Shown: positions 1 through 13,089, numbered from the stretch's first letter. The stretch: DNA of 64,000 bases from Gammaproteobacteria bacterium (GCA_965238225.1 OZ250183.1:640001-704000); one strand, 5' to 3'. Notes: generated by a model from the sequence alone, not told the origin. Translations and numbers: made by a program.

Positions 1-750
1 GATTCCGGACAGACCATTATTGCTGGTATGGGTGAGCTGCATCTGGAAATTATTGTTGATAGAATGCGGCGTGAATTTAGCGTTGAAGCAAATGTAGGTA
101 AGCCTCAGGTAGCCTATCGTGAAACAATACGTAAGATTGTTGAGAAGGTCGAAGGCAAATTTGTTCGTCAATCTGGCGGTCGTGGCCAATATGGCCATGT
201 GGTATTTAAGCTGGAACCACAAACATCAGGCACAGGCTACGAATTTATTAATAAAATTGTTGGAGGTGCAGTTCCTAGAGAATATATTTCTGCAATAGAT
301 AAAGGTGTGCAGGAACAAATGTTTGACGGTATCTTAGCAGGCTACCCAATTGAAGATGTCAAGGTAACTTTATTCGATGGTTCTTACCACGATGTTGACT
401 CAAATGAAATGGCGTTTAAAATCGCTGGCTCGATGGGGTTCAAGGCAGGTGCAATCAAAGCAGATCCTGTATTGTTGGAACCTGTGATGAAAGTCGAAAT
501 TGTGACACCAGAAGATTATTTGGGTACAGTGAATGGTGATTTAAGCAGACGTCGTGGCATATTACAAGGTGCTGATAATTCATCTGCAGGAAAAGTAATA
601 CATGCAGAAGTACCGCTGTCTGAAATGTTTGGATATGCAACCGATTTGCGTTCAGCAACACAAGGACGTGCTGTGTACACGATGGAATTTAAAAAATATA
701 ATGAGGTTCCAGCAAATATTGCCGAAGCCATCATCAATAAGCACCACTAG
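1..750 (+). CDS. fusA: Elongation factor G, C-terminal part (gene starts before the window)
   Basis: [30 protein letters not shown] and SYHDVDS motifs; directly upstream of tuf. Confidence 0.98.
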   Translation, partial: DSGQTIIAGMGELHLEIIVDRMRREFSVEANVGKPQVAYRETIRKIVEKVEGKFVRQSGGRGQYGHVVFKLEPQTSGTGYEFINKIVGGAVPREYISAIDKGVQEQMFDGILAGYPIEDVKVTLFDGSYHDVDSNEMAFKIAGSMGFKAGAIKADPVLLEPVMKVEIVTPEDYLGTVNGDLSRRRGILQGADNSSAGKVIHAEVPLSEMFGYATDLRSATQGRAVYTMEFKKYNEVPANIAEAIINKHH

Positions 751-799
751 AAATACACATTAAGATTAACGAACTTTAAATATTAAGAGGTGATTGGCT

Positions 800-1990
800 G
801 TGTCTAAGGAGAAATTTGAACGAACGAAACCGCATGTAAATGTAGGAACGATAGGCCATGTTGATCATGGCAAGACAACGTTGACTGCGGCAATTACCAA
901 GGTCATGGCAGAACAACATGGCGGTGAATTCAAGGCCTATGATCAGATTGATAACGCGCCAGAAGAAAAAGAACGCGGTATTACGATTGCAACAGCGCAC
1001 GTAGAGTACGAAAGCAATGATCGCCACTATGCGCACGTAGACTGCCCAGGTCATGCTGACTACGTCAAGAACATGATTACTGGTGCAGCACAGATGGACG
1101 GAGCAATCCTGGTCTGCAGTGCAGCAGATGGCCCAATGCCACAAACCCGTGAACATATCCTGCTGGCGCGTCAGGTCGGGGTTCCCTACGTGGTAGTCTA
1201 TTTAAACAAAGTCGATCAAGTCGATGATGCAGAGTTACTGGAACTGGTTGAAATGGAAGTTCGTGAACTGCTGGATGCTTATGAATTTCCCGGAGACAAC
1301 ACCCCTATCGTTACAGGTTCGGCACTGAAGGCTTTAGAAGGCGATGACAGCGATATCGGTATTCCCTCAATTTTGCAACTGGTAGCAGCAATGGATGACT
1401 ATATTCCAGTACCCAAGCGCCCGGTAGACCAACCATTTTTGATGCCAATTGAAGATGTATTCTCAATATCAGGTCGCGGTACCGTGGTGACTGGACGTAT
1501 AGAACGTGGCATCGTCAAAGTAGGCGAAGAGATTGAGATTGTAGGGATTAAAGAGACACAGAAGACCACCTGTACTGGTGTTGAAATGTTCAGAAAGTTA
1601 CTTGACGAAGGCCAAGCCGGAGACAACGTCGGTGTCTTATTACGGGGTACCAAACGAGAAGAAGTGGAACGTGGACAGGTCTTATGCCATCCAGATTCAA
1701 TCACGCCACATACCCGTTTTGAAGCAGAAATATACGTACTGTCAAAAGATGAAGGTGGTCGCCATACCCCCTTCTTTGCCAACTATCGTCCGCAATTTTA
1801 CTTTCGCACCACAGATGTAACGGGTGCCATTCAGTTATCCAGTGGCACAGAGATGGTGATGCCCGGCGATAACATTAAGCTGGAAGTAACACTAATAAAT
1901 CCCATTGCTATGGAGGAAGGCTTACGCTTTGCCATTCGTGAAGGCGGTCGTACCGTTGGTGCAGGTGTCGTTGCTAAGGTTATTGAGTAA
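800..1990 (+). CDS. tuf: Elongation factor Tu
   Basis: [25 protein letters not shown]; probable GTG start at 800 after GAGGTG RBS. Confidence 0.99.
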   Translation: MSKEKFERTKPHVNVGTIGHVDHGKTTLTAAITKVMAEQHGGEFKAYDQIDNAPEEKERGITIATAHVEYESNDRHYAHVDCPGHADYVKNMITGAAQMDGAILVCSAADGPMPQTREHILLARQVGVPYVVVYLNKVDQVDDAELLELVEMEVRELLDAYEFPGDNTPIVTGSALKALEGDDSDIGIPSILQLVAAMDDYIPVPKRPVDQPFLMPIEDVFSISGRGTVVTGRIERGIVKVGEEIEIVGIKETQKTTCTGVEMFRKLLDEGQAGDNVGVLLRGTKREEVERGQVLCHPDSITPHTRFEAEIYVLSKDEGGRHTPFFANYRPQFYFRTTDVTGAIQLSSGTEMVMPGDNIKLEVTLINPIAMEEGLRFAIREGGRTVGAGVVAKVIE

Positions 1991-1995
1991 TCACT

Positions 1996-2310
1996 ATGAC
2001 CGCACAACAAATAATACGAATCCGTTTAAAAGCATTTGATCATCGTTTAATTGATCAATCAACACGTGAAATTGTTGAAACGGCTAAGCGGACTGGTGCG
2101 CAGATAAAAGGTCCAATTCCTCTGCCGACCAAAAAAGAAAGATTTACAATTTTAATATCGCCGCATGTAAATAAAGATGCGCGTGATCAATATGAGATTC
2201 GCACGCACAAGCGTTTGATGGATATTGTAAATCCAACTGATAAAACAGTGGATGCGTTGATGAAACTAGACCTTGCTGCTGGTGTAGATGTGCAAATTAA
2301 ACTTAACTAA
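1996..2310 (+). CDS. rpsJ: 30S ribosomal protein S10
   Basis: [21 protein letters not shown]. Confidence 0.99.
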   Translation: MTAQQIIRIRLKAFDHRLIDQSTREIVETAKRTGAQIKGPIPLPTKKERFTILISPHVNKDARDQYEIRTHKRLMDIVNPTDKTVDALMKLDLAAGVDVQIKLN

Positions 2311-2336
2311 TAATATTGGGCGTTGCCAGCAAGATA

Positions 2337-2975
2337 ATGACTATTGGACTTATTGGACATAAACGGGGAATGACTCGGATCTTCATAGAAGGTGGTCACT
2401 CAATACCCGTGACAGTTATCGAGGCCGGAGTTAATCGGGTTTTTCGCCTTATTTGTTCTGAAAAAGATGGATATCAGGCTGTACAGGTTAGCTGGGGCAG
2501 TAAGAAGCAAGGCAAAGCAAGCAAGGCAGTAGCAGGTGCTTACGCCAAAGCAAATATTGATTCAGGTGAAGGCTTGGTTGAATTTAGGATTACAGATAAA
2601 GAAGAGCTACCTGATGATGGCGAACTTAAAGTAGATATGTTTTCAGCAGGTCAAAAAGTTGATGTTTCCGGAATAACAATCGGCAAAGGTTATAGTGGCG
2701 TTATTAAACGTCATAATTTTAGTCACCAAAGAAATTCACACGGTAACTCACTCTCTCACCGCGCTCCTGGTTCTATTGGTCAATGTCAGACACCTGGACG
2801 AGTATTCAAAGGTAAGAAGATGGCAGGCCATATGGGTAACGTGAAGAGAACGACTCAAAACCTTGAGATCATAAAAGTAGACAATGAAAAAAACCTTTTA
2901 TTAGTTAAAGGTTCAGTGCCAGGTGCCAAAGGCGGCAAAGTGATCATTAAATCATCCGTAAAGACTTGTGCCTGA
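2337..2975 (+). CDS. rplC: 50S ribosomal protein L3
   Basis: [30 protein letters not shown]; ATG at 2337. Confidence 0.98.
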   Translation: MTIGLIGHKRGMTRIFIEGGHSIPVTVIEAGVNRVFRLICSEKDGYQAVQVSWGSKKQGKASKAVAGAYAKANIDSGEGLVEFRITDKEELPDDGELKVDMFSAGQKVDVSGITIGKGYSGVIKRHNFSHQRNSHGNSLSHRAPGSIGQCQTPGRVFKGKKMAGHMGNVKRTTQNLEIIKVDNEKNLLLVKGSVPGAKGGKVIIKSSVKTCA

Positions 2976-2999
2976 AAAGTCAGTTTTTAAGATTTTGTT

Positions 3000-3617
3000 A
3001 TGAAATTAAAACTAAAAAAATTAAACAAAAAAACTGATGGAAAAATTACAGTGTCAGATAGTATTTTTGCATCCAAGTACAATGAAGCACTTATTCATCA
3101 GGCGTTGATAGCTTTTATGGCAGGTTCACGCGCGGGCACTAAGGCTCAAAAGACGCGTTCTAATGTTCGTGGCGGCGGCAGAAAGCCATGGACGCAGAAA
3201 GGCACTGGTCGATCCAGAGCGGGAACCATAAGAAGTCCGATATGGAGAAGTGGTGGCGTTACCTTCGCAGCAAAGCCAAGAGATTATTCTCAGAAGCTTA
3301 ATAAGAAAATGTATTGTGGTGCCATGCGTTCAATCCTTGCTGAATTGGTTCGTCAAGATAGACTTATTTTGATTGATGAATTTGTAGCTGTTGCACCAAA
3401 AACAAAAGATATGGTGGCACAATTAAAGTCACTGGATTTGGACGATGTATTAGTTGTGACCGACGAAATGACAGAAAATCTTTTCTTATCTACAAAAAAT
3501 ATTCCCCATGTCGATGTTGCTGATACAGACGAAATTAATCCTTATGTATTGATTGGCTATAACAAGATATTAATGACACAGGGTGCGCTTAAAAAAGTAG
3601 AGAAATTATTGGCATGA
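3000..3617 (+). CDS. rplD: 50S ribosomal protein L4
   Basis: RGGGRKPWTQKGTGRSRAGTIRSP. Confidence 0.98.
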   Translation: MKLKLKKLNKKTDGKITVSDSIFASKYNEALIHQALIAFMAGSRAGTKAQKTRSNVRGGGRKPWTQKGTGRSRAGTIRSPIWRSGGVTFAAKPRDYSQKLNKKMYCGAMRSILAELVRQDRLILIDEFVAVAPKTKDMVAQLKSLDLDDVLVVTDEMTENLFLSTKNIPHVDVADTDEINPYVLIGYNKILMTQGALKKVEKLLA

Positions 3618-3937
3618 ACGAACAAGAAATTACTCATGGAATCTTGAGCCAAGAAAGATTAATGAAGATCGTGTTGGAGCCACGTGTTACTGAAAAGAGT
3701 ACTCTGGTTGGAGAAAAACATAATCAATTCGTTTTTAAGGTGCTGAAAGACGCAACCAAGCCTGAGATTAAAAATGCAGTTGAGTTACTTTTTAAGGTCG
3801 AAGTAGAGTCTGTTCAGATAACTCATGTAAAAGGTAAACATAAAATATTTAAACGTGAACCGGGCAAGCGTTCGGACTGGAAGAAAGCCTATGTGAAACT
3901 GAAACCTGGTTTTGATATTGATTTCGTAGGAGCATAG
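3614..3937 (+). CDS. rplW: 50S ribosomal protein L23
   Basis: PRVTEKS, WKKAYVKL; operon position. Confidence 0.97.
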   Translation: MNEQEITHGILSQERLMKIVLEPRVTEKSTLVGEKHNQFVFKVLKDATKPEIKNAVELLFKVEVESVQITHVKGKHKIFKREPGKRSDWKKAYVKLKPGFDIDFVGA

Positions 3938-3957
3938 CGCGGGTACTATGATTGATT

Positions 3958-4782
3958 ATGGTATTAGTTAAACCAAAACCAACCTCTGCAGGGCGTCGTG
4001 CACAAGTTAAGGTCGCAAGTCCTTATCTATACAAGGGCGCGCCTTATGAACCTTTGCTTGAAAAACAAAGCAAAAACTCAGGCCGTAACAACAATGGTCG
4101 TATTACAGTACGTCATCGTGGCGGCGGTGCAAAACAGCGTTATCGCGTGATTGACTTTAAACGTAACAAAGACGGAATTACTGCCAAAGTTGAGCATATT
4201 GAGTATGACCCTGACAGAACAGCGCACATTGCTTTACTGTTATATGCTGATGGCGAACGTCGTTACGTCATTGCTTCAGAGGGTATGGTGGAAGGTTATG
4301 AAATAATGTCAGGTGAAGCTGTACAGATTAAAGCAGGCAACTGTATGCCATTAAGAAATATACCCTTAGGTACAACAGTTCATTGCGTAGAAATGAAGCC
4401 CGGCAAAGGTGCGCAAATGGCAAGAAGCGCAGGCGCCAGTGTGCAACTAGTCGCCCGTGAAGGCAGTCATGCAACATTAAGAATGCGTTCAGGTGAGATG
4501 AGAAAAGTTTTAGCCGAGTGTCGCGCGACCATTGGTGAAGTAGGTAATGGTGAGCATGCACTTAGATCCTTGGGTAAAGCGGGTGCTAAAAGATGGCGTG
4601 GCGTACGACCAACAGTACGAGGTGTTGCCATGAATCCTGTCGACCACCCACACGGTGGTGGTGAAGGAAGAACCTCAGGCGGTCGTCACCCAGTAAGCCC
4701 ATGGGGCGTTCCAACTAAAGGCTATAAGACTCGTAAAAACAAGCGTTCAGATAATGTGATCGTACGTAAACGTCAAAAATAA
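3958..4782 (+). CDS. rplB: 50S ribosomal protein L2
   Basis: [33 protein letters not shown]. Confidence 0.99.
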   Translation: MVLVKPKPTSAGRRAQVKVASPYLYKGAPYEPLLEKQSKNSGRNNNGRITVRHRGGGAKQRYRVIDFKRNKDGITAKVEHIEYDPDRTAHIALLLYADGERRYVIASEGMVEGYEIMSGEAVQIKAGNCMPLRNIPLGTTVHCVEMKPGKGAQMARSAGASVQLVAREGSHATLRMRSGEMRKVLAECRATIGEVGNGEHALRSLGKAGAKRWRGVRPTVRGVAMNPVDHPHGGGEGRTSGGRHPVSPWGVPTKGYKTRKNKRSDNVIVRKRQK

Positions 4783-4794
4783 CGGAAACAATAG

Positions 4795-5064
4795 ATGTCA
4801 CGTTCAATTAAAAAAGGCCCATTCGTCGATCATCATTTAGCAAAGAAGGTTGATATTGCTAAAGAATCAAATGATAAGCGACCAATTAAAACTTGGTCTC
4901 GCCGGTCGATGGTATTACCAAATATGGTTGGATTAACTATTACTGTACATAACGGTCGTGATCATATGCCAGTTTATATTACGGAAAATATGGTTGGCCA
5001 TAAATTAGGTGAATTTGCAGGTACGCGTACCTTCAGAGGTCATTTTGCGGATCGAAAGAGTTAA
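4795..5064 (+). CDS. rpsS: 30S ribosomal protein S19
   Basis: [20 protein letters not shown]. Confidence 0.99.
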   Translation: MSRSIKKGPFVDHHLAKKVDIAKESNDKRPIKTWSRRSMVLPNMVGLTITVHNGRDHMPVYITENMVGHKLGEFAGTRTFRGHFADRKS

Positions 5065-5081
5065 TCATCTGGATTCCACAT

Positions 5082-5414
5082 ATGTCGACATCAGCAAAAC
5101 TTAAAAATTCAAGGATTTCGCCGCAAAAAATGCGTCTGGTTGCAGACCAGATAAGAGGTTTGTCAGTAGAAAGAGCGTTGGATGTACTTACATTTAGTAG
5201 CAAAAAAGCAGCAACCATAATCAGGAAAGTGCTTGAATCAGCAATTGCAAATGCAGAGCATAATAATGGCGCCGATATTGATGAACTCAAGATATCTGAA
5301 ATACTTGTTGACGCAGGTTCAACTACGAAACGGTTACGCCCCAGAGCACGCGGCCGCGCCGACAGAATTATAAAGAGGACTAGCCACTTGAAAGTGACTG
5401 TCTCAGAGACATAA
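5082..5414 (+). CDS. rplV: 50S ribosomal protein L22
   Basis: [22 protein letters not shown]. Confidence 0.98.
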   Translation: MSTSAKLKNSRISPQKMRLVADQIRGLSVERALDVLTFSSKKAATIIRKVLESAIANAEHNNGADIDELKISEILVDAGSTTKRLRPRARGRADRIIKRTSHLKVTVSET

Positions 5415-5431
5415 GTAAGGATAAAATTGTA

Positions 5432-6115
5432 ATGGGTCAAAAAGTACATCCAATAGGCATGCGTCTGGGCATTATTAAAGACTGGACGTCAACGTGGTAC
5501 GCCGACTCTGCGAACTACTCCAAGTTTTTGCATACAGATTTAAAAGTGCGTGAATATTTACAAAAAAAGCTGGAGAATGCCTCAGTGAGCCGAATTCAGA
5601 TTGAACGTCCAGCGAATAATGCAAGAATTATAATTCATACTGCAAGACCGGGGATTGTGATTGGCAAAAAAGGTGAAGATATTGATCGTTTGCGTATTGC
5701 TGTTTCAAAAATAATGGGTGTACCAGCTCAGGTAAGCGTTGAAGAAATTCGCAAGCCAGAACTAGACGCGACATTGGTTGCACAAAATGTTGCATCTCAA
5801 TTAGAGCGTCGAATTATGTATCGACGTGCCATGAAACGTGCAGTAACAAACACCATGCGATTAGGCGCTGAAGGTATCAAAATTAATCTTGCTGGAAGAT
5901 TAAATGGTGTGGAAATTGCGCGATCGGAATGGTACAGAGAAGGTCGTGTGCCCTTACATACATTGAGGGCAGATATTGATTATGGTGTTGCAGAAGCAAG
6001 CACAACTTACGGGATCATCGGTATTAAGGTATGGATATTTAAAGGCGAGATTTTTGATTACAGTAAGAAAGATAGTGCAGAAGCCAAAACCTCTAAAGAA
6101 ATTTCTGAAAATTAG
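5432..6115 (+). CDS. rpsC: 30S ribosomal protein S3
   Basis: [20 protein letters not shown]. Confidence 0.99.
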   Translation: MGQKVHPIGMRLGIIKDWTSTWYADSANYSKFLHTDLKVREYLQKKLENASVSRIQIERPANNARIIIHTARPGIVIGKKGEDIDRLRIAVSKIMGVPAQVSVEEIRKPELDATLVAQNVASQLERRIMYRRAMKRAVTNTMRLGAEGIKINLAGRLNGVEIARSEWYREGRVPLHTLRADIDYGVAEASTTYGIIGIKVWIFKGEIFDYSKKDSAEAKTSKEISEN

Positions 6116-6128
6116 AAGGTATGGATAA

Positions 6129-6542
6129 GTGCTACAGCCTAAAAGAACAAAATTCAAGAAACAGAATAAGGGTCGTAATCGTGGTTTGGCTACTGTGAGC
6201 AATAAGGTGAGCTTTGGTGAATTTGGTTTGAAGGCAACAACCCGTGGGCGTATTACGGCACGTCAAATAGAAGCCGCACGTAGAACCATTACTCGCAAGA
6301 TTAAGCGTGGCGGGAAACTGTGGATCAGAGTATTTCCAGATAAACCCATTACAAAAAAACCTCTGGAAGTGCGTCAGGGCAAGGGCAAGGGCAATGTTGA
6401 ATACTGGGTTGCACAGATTCAGCCTGGCAGGATGCTCTATGAGCTTGAAGGTGTGTCGGAAGATATGGCAAAAGAAGCGTTTAAATTAGCTTTAGCTAAG
6501 TTACCTGTAAAAACAACATTTATTAATAGAACAATAATGTAA
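6129..6542 (+). CDS. rplP: 50S ribosomal protein L16
   Basis: [22 protein letters not shown]. Confidence 0.99.
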   Translation: MLQPKRTKFKKQNKGRNRGLATVSNKVSFGEFGLKATTRGRITARQIEAARRTITRKIKRGGKLWIRVFPDKPITKKPLEVRQGKGKGNVEYWVAQIQPGRMLYELEGVSEDMAKEAFKLALAKLPVKTTFINRTIM

Positions 6543-6739
6543 TGGATATTGCGGAATTAAGACAGAAAAAACCAGAAGATCTGAATGCTTTGGTATTAGC
6601 ACTACTGCGTGAGCAATTTAATCTGCGTATGCAAAAGGGTTCTGGACAATTAAGCAAACCAAGTGAGATGAAACGCGTACGTCGCACTATTGCGCGAGTG
6701 AAAACAGTGATGGCTGAAATGGCAGCAGGTAACAATTGA
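6542..6739 (+). CDS. rpmC: 50S ribosomal protein L29
   Basis: [19 protein letters not shown]; operon position. Confidence 0.97.
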   Translation: MDIAELRQKKPEDLNALVLALLREQFNLRMQKGSGQLSKPSEMKRVRRTIARVKTVMAEMAAGNN

Positions 6740-7005
6740 TGGACAAAGCACAAAAAATGGCAAGGACGATCACTGGCAAAGTAATAAGCAATAAAATGGA
6801 TAAAAGCATTTCTGTATTAGAATCGCGAAAGGTGAAACATCCTTTATATGAAAAATATATTAAGCGTTCCACAAAGTTTATGGTTCATGACGAGAATAAT
6901 GAGTGTAGTGAAGGCGATATAGTCGTGATAGAAGCATCAAAGCCTATTTCAAAAAACAAAACTTGGAAGCTACAAAAAATAGTTACCAAGACTCAGGATA
7001 TTTAA
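6739..7005 (+). CDS. rpsQ: 30S ribosomal protein S17
   Basis: [25 protein letters not shown]. Confidence 0.97.
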   Translation: MDKAQKMARTITGKVISNKMDKSISVLESRKVKHPLYEKYIKRSTKFMVHDENNECSEGDIVVIEASKPISKNKTWKLQKIVTKTQDI

Positions 7006-7057
7006 AACACAAAAAATTTAGAAGCACGAAATCTAGAAAGTTAAAGGAGTAGCGTAG

Positions 7058-7426
7058 ATGATACAAACACAAACCATGCTGGATACCGCGGATAATAGCG
7101 GCGCAAAGCGGGTGATGTGCATTAAGGTTCTTGGTGGATCTAAGCGACGCTACGCTGGAATTGGCGATGTTATTAAAGTGACAATTAAAGAAGCTATTCC
7201 ACGCGGCAAAGTAAAGAAAGGTGAACTCTATGATGCGGTTGTTGTAAGAACCCGCAAAGGTGTTCGCCGCTCTGACGGATCATTGATTAGGTTTGATAGC
7301 AATGCAGTCGTTTTATTGAATAGCCAGCGTCAACCGTTAGGTACTCGTATTTTTGGCCCGGTGACGCGTGAATTAAGAGGTGCAGAATTTATGAAAATTG
7401 TGTCGTTAGCGCCTGAGGTTTTATAA
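7058..7426 (+). CDS. rplN: 50S ribosomal protein L14
   Basis: [17 protein letters not shown]. Confidence 0.99.
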   Translation: MIQTQTMLDTADNSGAKRVMCIKVLGGSKRRYAGIGDVIKVTIKEAIPRGKVKKGELYDAVVVRTRKGVRRSDGSLIRFDSNAVVLLNSQRQPLGTRIFGPVTRELRGAEFMKIVSLAPEVL

Positions 7427-7429
7427 GGG

Positions 7430-7750
7430 GTGCACAAGCTAAGAAAAGGTGATGAAGTCGTTGTTTTGTCTGGCAAAGACAAAGGCAAACGTGGTGTTAT
7501 ATTAAAAATAATGCAAGATATGGAAAAAGTTGTTGTAGAGAATATCAATATGTTTAAACGACACACCAAAGGGAATCCGGCTCAAGGAGCACCTGGAGGC
7601 ATTATCGAAAAAGAAATGCCATTACATGTTTCGAATGTCGCTATTTGGAATCCAGTATTAGACAAAGCAGATCGTGTCGGTATAAAAATGTTGAAAGATG
7701 GAGAGAAGGTGCGTTTTTTTAAAGCTAACAACGAAGTTGTGGATGTATAA
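7430..7750 (+). CDS. rplX: 50S ribosomal protein L24
   Basis: KGDEVVVLSGKDKGKRG KOW motif. Confidence 0.98.
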   Translation: MHKLRKGDEVVVLSGKDKGKRGVILKIMQDMEKVVVENINMFKRHTKGNPAQGAPGGIIEKEMPLHVSNVAIWNPVLDKADRVGIKMLKDGEKVRFFKANNEVVDV

Positions 7751-7765
7751 AAGGCAAAAAGTAAG

Positions 7766-8305
7766 ATGGCAAGATTAGAAATATTTTACAAAGAGAGCGT
7801 CATCAAGGAACTGACTGAACAGTTCAATTATACATCAGTTATGCAGGTACCTCGTATTACAAAGGTGACGTTGAATATGGGTTTAGGCGAAGCTGTTGCT
7901 GATAAAAAAATTATTGAACATGCAGTCAGTGATATGGAAAAGATTGCAGGCCAAAAACCTGTTGTGAATCTTGCTAGAAAATCAGTTGCTAATTTTAAAG
8001 TACGTGAAGGTTGGCCTGTCGGCTGTAAGGTGACATTACGTAGAGAGCGGATGTATGAGTTTATGGATAGGCTTATTGCAATTTCAATTCCCAGAATTCG
8101 TGACTTTCGTGGATTTAATACGAAATCATTTGATGGTCGTGGCAACTACAGCCTTGGCATTAAAGAGCAGATTATTTTCCCGGAAATTGATTATGATAAG
8201 ATTGATACGCTTCGTGGCATGGATATTACCATCACAACAAGCGCGAATACAGATGATGAAGGTCGGGCGTTACTGACGGCCTTCAATTTCCCATTACGTA
8301 AATAA
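7766..8305 (+). CDS. rplE: 50S ribosomal protein L5
   Basis: [18 protein letters not shown]. Confidence 0.99.
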   Translation: MARLEIFYKESVIKELTEQFNYTSVMQVPRITKVTLNMGLGEAVADKKIIEHAVSDMEKIAGQKPVVNLARKSVANFKVREGWPVGCKVTLRRERMYEFMDRLIAISIPRIRDFRGFNTKSFDGRGNYSLGIKEQIIFPEIDYDKIDTLRGMDITITTSANTDDEGRALLTAFNFPLRK

Positions 8306-8319
8306 TATTTGAGGGCATT

Positions 8320-8625
8320 ATGGCAAAGGTTTCAATGATTAATCGTGAGTACAAGCGCAGCAGACTGGTGAAGAAATACGCAACCAAGCGCGCAGAGTTA
8401 AAGGCTCAGGTTATCAATACATCCCTTAGTGAAGAAGATCGTAAATTAGCAAGAGAAAAACTAAGCATGTTACCGCGCGATTCAAGTCCGGTAAGACAAC
8501 GCAATCGATGTAACTTGACTGGACGCCCGCATGGCTATTACCGCAAATTTGGACTTTCTCGTAACAAACTGCGCGAAGCAGCAATGCGAGGAGATGTTCC
8601 AGGTTTGGTTAAGGCTAGTTGGTAG
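8320..8625 (+). CDS. rpsN: 30S ribosomal protein S14 (long form)
   Basis: [20 protein letters not shown]. Confidence 0.98.
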   Translation: MAKVSMINREYKRSRLVKKYATKRAELKAQVINTSLSEEDRKLAREKLSMLPRDSSPVRQRNRCNLTGRPHGYYRKFGLSRNKLREAAMRGDVPGLVKASW

Positions 8626-8635
8626 GAGGAAGATT

Positions 8636-9028
8636 ATGAGTATGCAAGATCCATTAGCTGATATGCTAACAAGAATCAGAAATAATCTGGCTAGAGGCAA
8701 GGCAGCAGTGAGCATGCCCTCATCCAAGCTCAAAGTTGCTGTGGCAGAAATTCTGCAGCAAGAAGGTTATATATCAAAATATACTGTGGGCGGCGATGTC
8801 AAAAAAATCTTGATCATTGAACTAAAGTATTTTGAAAATAAACCTGTTATTGAAATGCTCAGTCGATTTAGTCGTCCAAGCATTAGAAGGTATCGATCAA
8901 AAAGTGAACTGCCAACAGTCATTGGTGGTTTGGGTATCGCCATTATCTCCACATCAAAAGGTGTGATGACAGATAAAGATGCTCGTGCTCAGGGTATTGG
9001 CGGTGAGATATTATGTGTTGTTTCTTAA
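8636..9028 (+). CDS. rpsH: 30S ribosomal protein S8
   Basis: [16 protein letters not shown]; start ATG 8636, inside the longer predicted ORF. Confidence 0.98.
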   Translation: MSMQDPLADMLTRIRNNLARGKAAVSMPSSKLKVAVAEILQQEGYISKYTVGGDVKKILIIELKYFENKPVIEMLSRFSRPSIRRYRSKSELPTVIGGLGIAIISTSKGVMTDKDARAQGIGGEILCVVS

Positions 9029-9056
9029 GCGTAGGTTAAAACATTAGGATAAAACG

Positions 9057-9590
9057 ATGTCACGAGTAGCAAATAACCCTATCGAATTGCCTTCTGGCGT
9101 TGAATTTAGCGCTGCCCAAAACACAGTTACGATTAAAGGCAGCAAAGGACAAATGCAATACAGTCTGCATCCTCTGGTGAGTGTGTTACAAGATGGTAAT
9201 CAGTTAAAAACGACAATGAATGATAATTCCAAGCAAGCGAATGTATTGGCAGGAACTACACGCGCATTACTGCAAAATATTGTCACGGGCGTTACGGTTG
9301 GTCATGAGCGTAAATTAACTATTATTGGTGTCGGTTATCGTGCACAGGTGCAAGGTAAAATCCTGAATTTAACTTTAGGTTTTTCACATCCAGTGAAATT
9401 TGAGATTCCTGATGGCATTTCCATTGAGACACCAACGCAGACTGAAATTATAATTAAAGGCACAGACAAGCAGTTGGTCGGCCAAACGGCTGCTAATATA
9501 AGAGCATATCGCCCACCAGAACCTTATAAAGGCAAAGGTGTTCGTTACGCGGATGAACATGTTATCCGTAAAGAGGCCAAAAAAACTTAA
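9057..9590 (+). CDS. rplF: 50S ribosomal protein L6
   Basis: RPPEPYKGKGVRY. Confidence 0.99.
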   Translation: MSRVANNPIELPSGVEFSAAQNTVTIKGSKGQMQYSLHPLVSVLQDGNQLKTTMNDNSKQANVLAGTTRALLQNIVTGVTVGHERKLTIIGVGYRAQVQGKILNLTLGFSHPVKFEIPDGISIETPTQTEIIIKGTDKQLVGQTAANIRAYRPPEPYKGKGVRYADEHVIRKEAKKT

Positions 9591-9669
9591 ACTAAAAAAC
9601 CCTAAATAAGAAAACCTTAGATAGGGTGGCGTAAGACAAAGTTAGAGTCAAATAAAATAGAGTCAAATA

Positions 9670-10026
9670 ATGAAAAGTAAAAAACAAGCAAGAATAAAGA
9701 GAGCAACACGTACCAGAGCGCGTATTAGACTGAAAGGTGTCAGTCGTCTTTGTGTTCACAGGACACCAAAACACCTTTACGCACAGGTTATCGCAGCTAA
9801 TGGTTCTGAAGTTCTTGTGAGTGCTTCGACACTAGATAAGGATATTAGAGGTAAGATTCAGTATAGTGGCAACGCCGATGCTGCCATTATTGTCGGTAAG
9901 AAATTAGGCGAACGCGCAAAAAAATCTGGTGTGACACAGGTGGCTTTTGATCGTTCTGGATTTAAATACCATGGACGTATTAAGGCGTTAGCCGATGCTG
10001 CACGTGAACAAGGTTTGGAATTCTAA
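9670..10026 (+). CDS. rplR: 50S ribosomal protein L18
   Basis: [21 protein letters not shown]. Confidence 0.99.
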   Translation: MKSKKQARIKRATRTRARIRLKGVSRLCVHRTPKHLYAQVIAANGSEVLVSASTLDKDIRGKIQYSGNADAAIIVGKKLGERAKKSGVTQVAFDRSGFKYHGRIKALADAAREQGLEF

Positions 10027-10050
10027 AGGGTTTGGTTGGAGATTTTTAAG

Positions 10051-10557
10051 ATGGCTGCTACTGATTCAATTACAGGAAATGAAAATCTTCTTGAAAAGTT
10101 GGTTCACGTTAATCGTGTCGCCAAGGTAGTCAAAGGCGGACGTCAATTTGGTTTTACAGCACTTACCGTTGTTGGAGATGGCAATGGTAAAGTTGGTTTT
10201 GGTCGAGGTAAGGCCAAAGAAGTGCCAATTGCAATTCAAAAAGCAATGGAAAATGCGCGTAAGAATATGTCGCCAGTCGCCTTAAATGAAGGCACGTTAC
10301 ATTATGCAATGACAGGCATACATGGTGCTGCAAAAGTCTATATGCAACCTGCTTCAGAAGGTACAGGAATTATCGCAGGTGGTTCGATGCGTGCAGTTTT
10401 CGAAGTTGCAGGTGTTAATAATGTGCTTGCTAAGTCGATTGGTTCAACAAATCCAATTAATGTTGTCCGTGCGACTATGAGTGCATTAAGATCTGTCACA
10501 TCACCCGAAATGATCGCGGCTAAACGCGGAAAAACAGTAAAAGAAATACTGGGTTAG
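10051..10557 (+). CDS. rpsE: 30S ribosomal protein S5
   Basis: [22 protein letters not shown]. Confidence 0.99.
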   Translation: MAATDSITGNENLLEKLVHVNRVAKVVKGGRQFGFTALTVVGDGNGKVGFGRGKAKEVPIAIQKAMENARKNMSPVALNEGTLHYAMTGIHGAAKVYMQPASEGTGIIAGGSMRAVFEVAGVNNVLAKSIGSTNPINVVRATMSALRSVTSPEMIAAKRGKTVKEILG

Positions 10558-10559
10558 AT

Positions 10560-10748
10560 ATGGCAAAGAAGAAACAAATAAACGTTACATTAAAACGTGG
10601 CACTAACAAACGTTTAGCATCACATAAAGCTTGTGTGCAAGGTTTGGGCTTACGTCGAATTGGGCACACCGTTACGGTAGAAGATACTCCAGAAAATCGC
10701 GGCATGGTAAACAAGGTAAATTACTTACTTGCCGTTGAGGAAGCATAA
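10560..10748 (+). CDS. rpmD: 50S ribosomal protein L30
   Basis: [22 protein letters not shown]. Confidence 0.98.
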   Translation: MAKKKQINVTLKRGTNKRLASHKACVQGLGLRRIGHTVTVEDTPENRGMVNKVNYLLAVEEA

Positions 10749-10749
10749 A

Positions 10750-11187
10750 ATGCGACTGAATACATTAAAACCACAAACAGGATCAAAGCCAGATAGAAAA
10801 CGTGTTGGTCGAGGCATTGGTTGTGGTTCAGGCAAGACATGTGGTCGTGGTCATAAAGGTCAGAAGTCAAGAAAAGGCGGTTACCATAAAGTAGGTTTTG
10901 AAGGCGGGCAAATGCCCTTGAAACGCCGTCTTCCTAAAGTTGGGTTTAGCTCTGCCCTGTCAGCTGTGACGGCTGAAATACGTTTACAAGAACTTGAAAA
11001 AGTTGACGCTAAAGTTGTTGATCTAGATTCTTTGTTGGCTGCTAATCTAATTTCTAAGAATATCAAGCGCGCAAAAATCCTTGATTCAGGAAAGATTGAG
11101 AAACCTGTTTCTGTAAAAGGTTTGAATGTGACAAAAGGCGCTCGCGCAGCGATAGAAGCCTCTGGCGGGAAAATCTTAGAGGATTAA
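10750..11187 (+). CDS. rplO: 50S ribosomal protein L15
   Basis: [16 protein letters not shown]. Confidence 0.98.
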   Translation: MRLNTLKPQTGSKPDRKRVGRGIGCGSGKTCGRGHKGQKSRKGGYHKVGFEGGQMPLKRRLPKVGFSSALSAVTAEIRLQELEKVDAKVVDLDSLLAANLISKNIKRAKILDSGKIEKPVSVKGLNVTKGARAAIEASGGKILED

Positions 11188-11189
11188 TA

Positions 11190-12533
11190 ATGGCAACATC
11201 TAACCCTACAATCTCTGGAGGCATCGCCGGATTAGGAAAATTGAGAGAGCTGCGTCAGCGATTATTCTTCCTTTTGTGTGCATTATTTATTTTTAGAGTG
11301 TGTTCATTTATTCCTGTACCTGGAATAAACCCAAATGCGTTGGCGATGATGTTTGAGCAACAAAGCGGCACCATACTGGATATGTTTAATATGTTTTCAG
11401 GCGGTGCTTTGCAAAGGCTGTCGGTAATTGCGCTGGGCATTATGCCCTACATATCCGCCTCTATTATTATGCAGTTATTAACTGTCATGGAGCCGAGGCT
11501 AAAACAGATAAGGAAAGAAGGTGAGGCAGGCAGGCGTAAGATTACGCAGTACACACGATATGGCACAGTGATTTTGGCAACATTTCAGGCATTTGGTGTG
11601 GCAACCTTATTGGAGAGTCAGCAAGCAGCCGGTTTAGCAGTGGTCATGGATCCAGGTATTGGGTTCAAAATAACCACGATGACAACACTTGTTACAGGCA
11701 CATTGTTCCTGATGTGGTTGGGTGAACAAATCACTGAACGTGGTGTTGGCAATGGTATTTCCATGATTATCTTTGCAGGTATTGTTGCAGGATTACCATC
11801 CGCTATTGCTGGAACTGTTGAGTTGGCTAGAACGGGTGAATTACATACCTTAGCTGTATTTGTATTGTTCGCATTGGCCATTGTAGTGACAGGTTGTGTT
11901 ATATTTGTCGAAAGAGGGCAGCGCAGAATAACCATTAACTATGCGAAAAAACAGGTTGGACGTAAGCAATATGCTGGACAGTCCAGTCATTTGCCGTTGA
12001 AGCTGAATATGTCAGGTGTCATTCCACCGATATTTGCTTCCAGTTTGATTCTTTTTCCATCCACCATTGCTGGTTGGTTTGGGCAAAGTGAAGGTATGCG
12101 TTGGTTACAGGATATATCGACAATAATGTCACCCGGGCAGCCCATTTATGTATTGATGTATGCTGCTGGCATTATATTTTTCTGTTTCTTTTATACAGCG
12201 ATCGTTTTTGATCCAAAAGAAACAGCTGATAATTTAAAAAAATCTGGTGCCTTTATTCCAGGAATGAGGCCAGGCGAACAAACAGCAGAGTATCTGGATA
12301 ACGTATTAACCAAGTTGACGTTAGCTGGCGCAATCTACATTACTTCGGTATGTTTATTGCCTGAATTTTTGATTTTAAAATTTAATGTGCCTTTCTATTT
12401 TGGTGGCACATCATTGCTGATTATCGTTGTTGTTGTGATGGACTTTATGTCTCAAATACAGGCTCATTTGATGTCTCATCAATATGATTCTTTATTAAAA
12501 AAGGCCAATCTAAAGAAACACGGCAAAAGATAA
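11190..12533 (+). CDS. secY: Preprotein translocase subunit SecY
   Basis: [27 protein letters not shown]; multi-pass membrane protein. Confidence 0.99.
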   Translation: MATSNPTISGGIAGLGKLRELRQRLFFLLCALFIFRVCSFIPVPGINPNALAMMFEQQSGTILDMFNMFSGGALQRLSVIALGIMPYISASIIMQLLTVMEPRLKQIRKEGEAGRRKITQYTRYGTVILATFQAFGVATLLESQQAAGLAVVMDPGIGFKITTMTTLVTGTLFLMWLGEQITERGVGNGISMIIFAGIVAGLPSAIAGTVELARTGELHTLAVFVLFALAIVVTGCVIFVERGQRRITINYAKKQVGRKQYAGQSSHLPLKLNMSGVIPPIFASSLILFPSTIAGWFGQSEGMRWLQDISTIMSPGQPIYVLMYAAGIIFFCFFYTAIVFDPKETADNLKKSGAFIPGMRPGEQTAEYLDNVLTKLTLAGAIYITSVCLLPEFLILKFNVPFYFGGTSLLIIVVVVMDFMSQIQAHLMSHQYDSLLKKANLKKHGKR

Positions 12534-12554
12534 TCAGGTTGATGGAGAACTAAG

Positions 12555-12668
12555 ATGAAGGTAAGAGCGTCCGTTAAAAAAATCTGTCGTCATTGCAAGA
12601 TTGTTCGCCGTAAAGGTGTCATTAGAGTTATATGCTCTGATCTTAGACATAAACAGCGCCAAGGTTAA
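12555..12668 (+). CDS. rpmJ: 50S ribosomal protein L36 (Zn-ribbon form), not in the ORF track
   Basis: Hand translation [37 protein letters not shown]; GGAG RBS upstream. Confidence 0.97.
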   Translation: MKVRASVKKICRHCKIVRRKGVIRVICSDLRHKQRQG

Positions 12669-12711
12669 AAAATATTCAATGGTCAAAAAGATTTTCTGGG
12701 GAACTAAATAA

Positions 12712-13068
12712 ATGGCGCGTGTAGCTGGTGTAAATATACCTGATAACAAGCATCTGAGTATTGCATTGACTTATGTTTATGGTATCGGTCAGACACGTTC
12801 TCGCGATATATGCAATGCAACTAGCTTGAAGGGTGATATCAAGGTTAGAGAATTAACTGAAGGTGATTTAAGCAAGATTCGTTCTGAAATTACCAAGTAT
12901 GGCTTAGAAGGCGATCTAAGGCGCGAAGTCTCAATGAATATTAAACGTTTGATGGATCTTGGTTGTTATCGAGGAATTCGTCATCGCCGTGGCCTGCCCC
13001 TTAGAGGACAGAGAACACGAACCAATGCAAGGACACGTAAGGGTCCACGCAAACTTATTAAGAAATAA
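12712..13068 (+). CDS. rpsM: 30S ribosomal protein S13
   Basis: [14 protein letters not shown]. Confidence 0.99.
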   Translation: MARVAGVNIPDNKHLSIALTYVYGIGQTRSRDICNATSLKGDIKVRELTEGDLSKIRSEITKYGLEGDLRREVSMNIKRLMDLGCYRGIRHRRGLPLRGQRTRTNARTRKGPRKLIKK

Positions 13069-13089
13069 TCGGATATAGGTTAACAAAAT

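Noticed and set aside
9591-9670. Long rplF-rplR spacer with a 13-bp duplication (TAGAGTCAAATAA)
   Set aside because: Small slippage-type duplication with no supportable structure or ORF.
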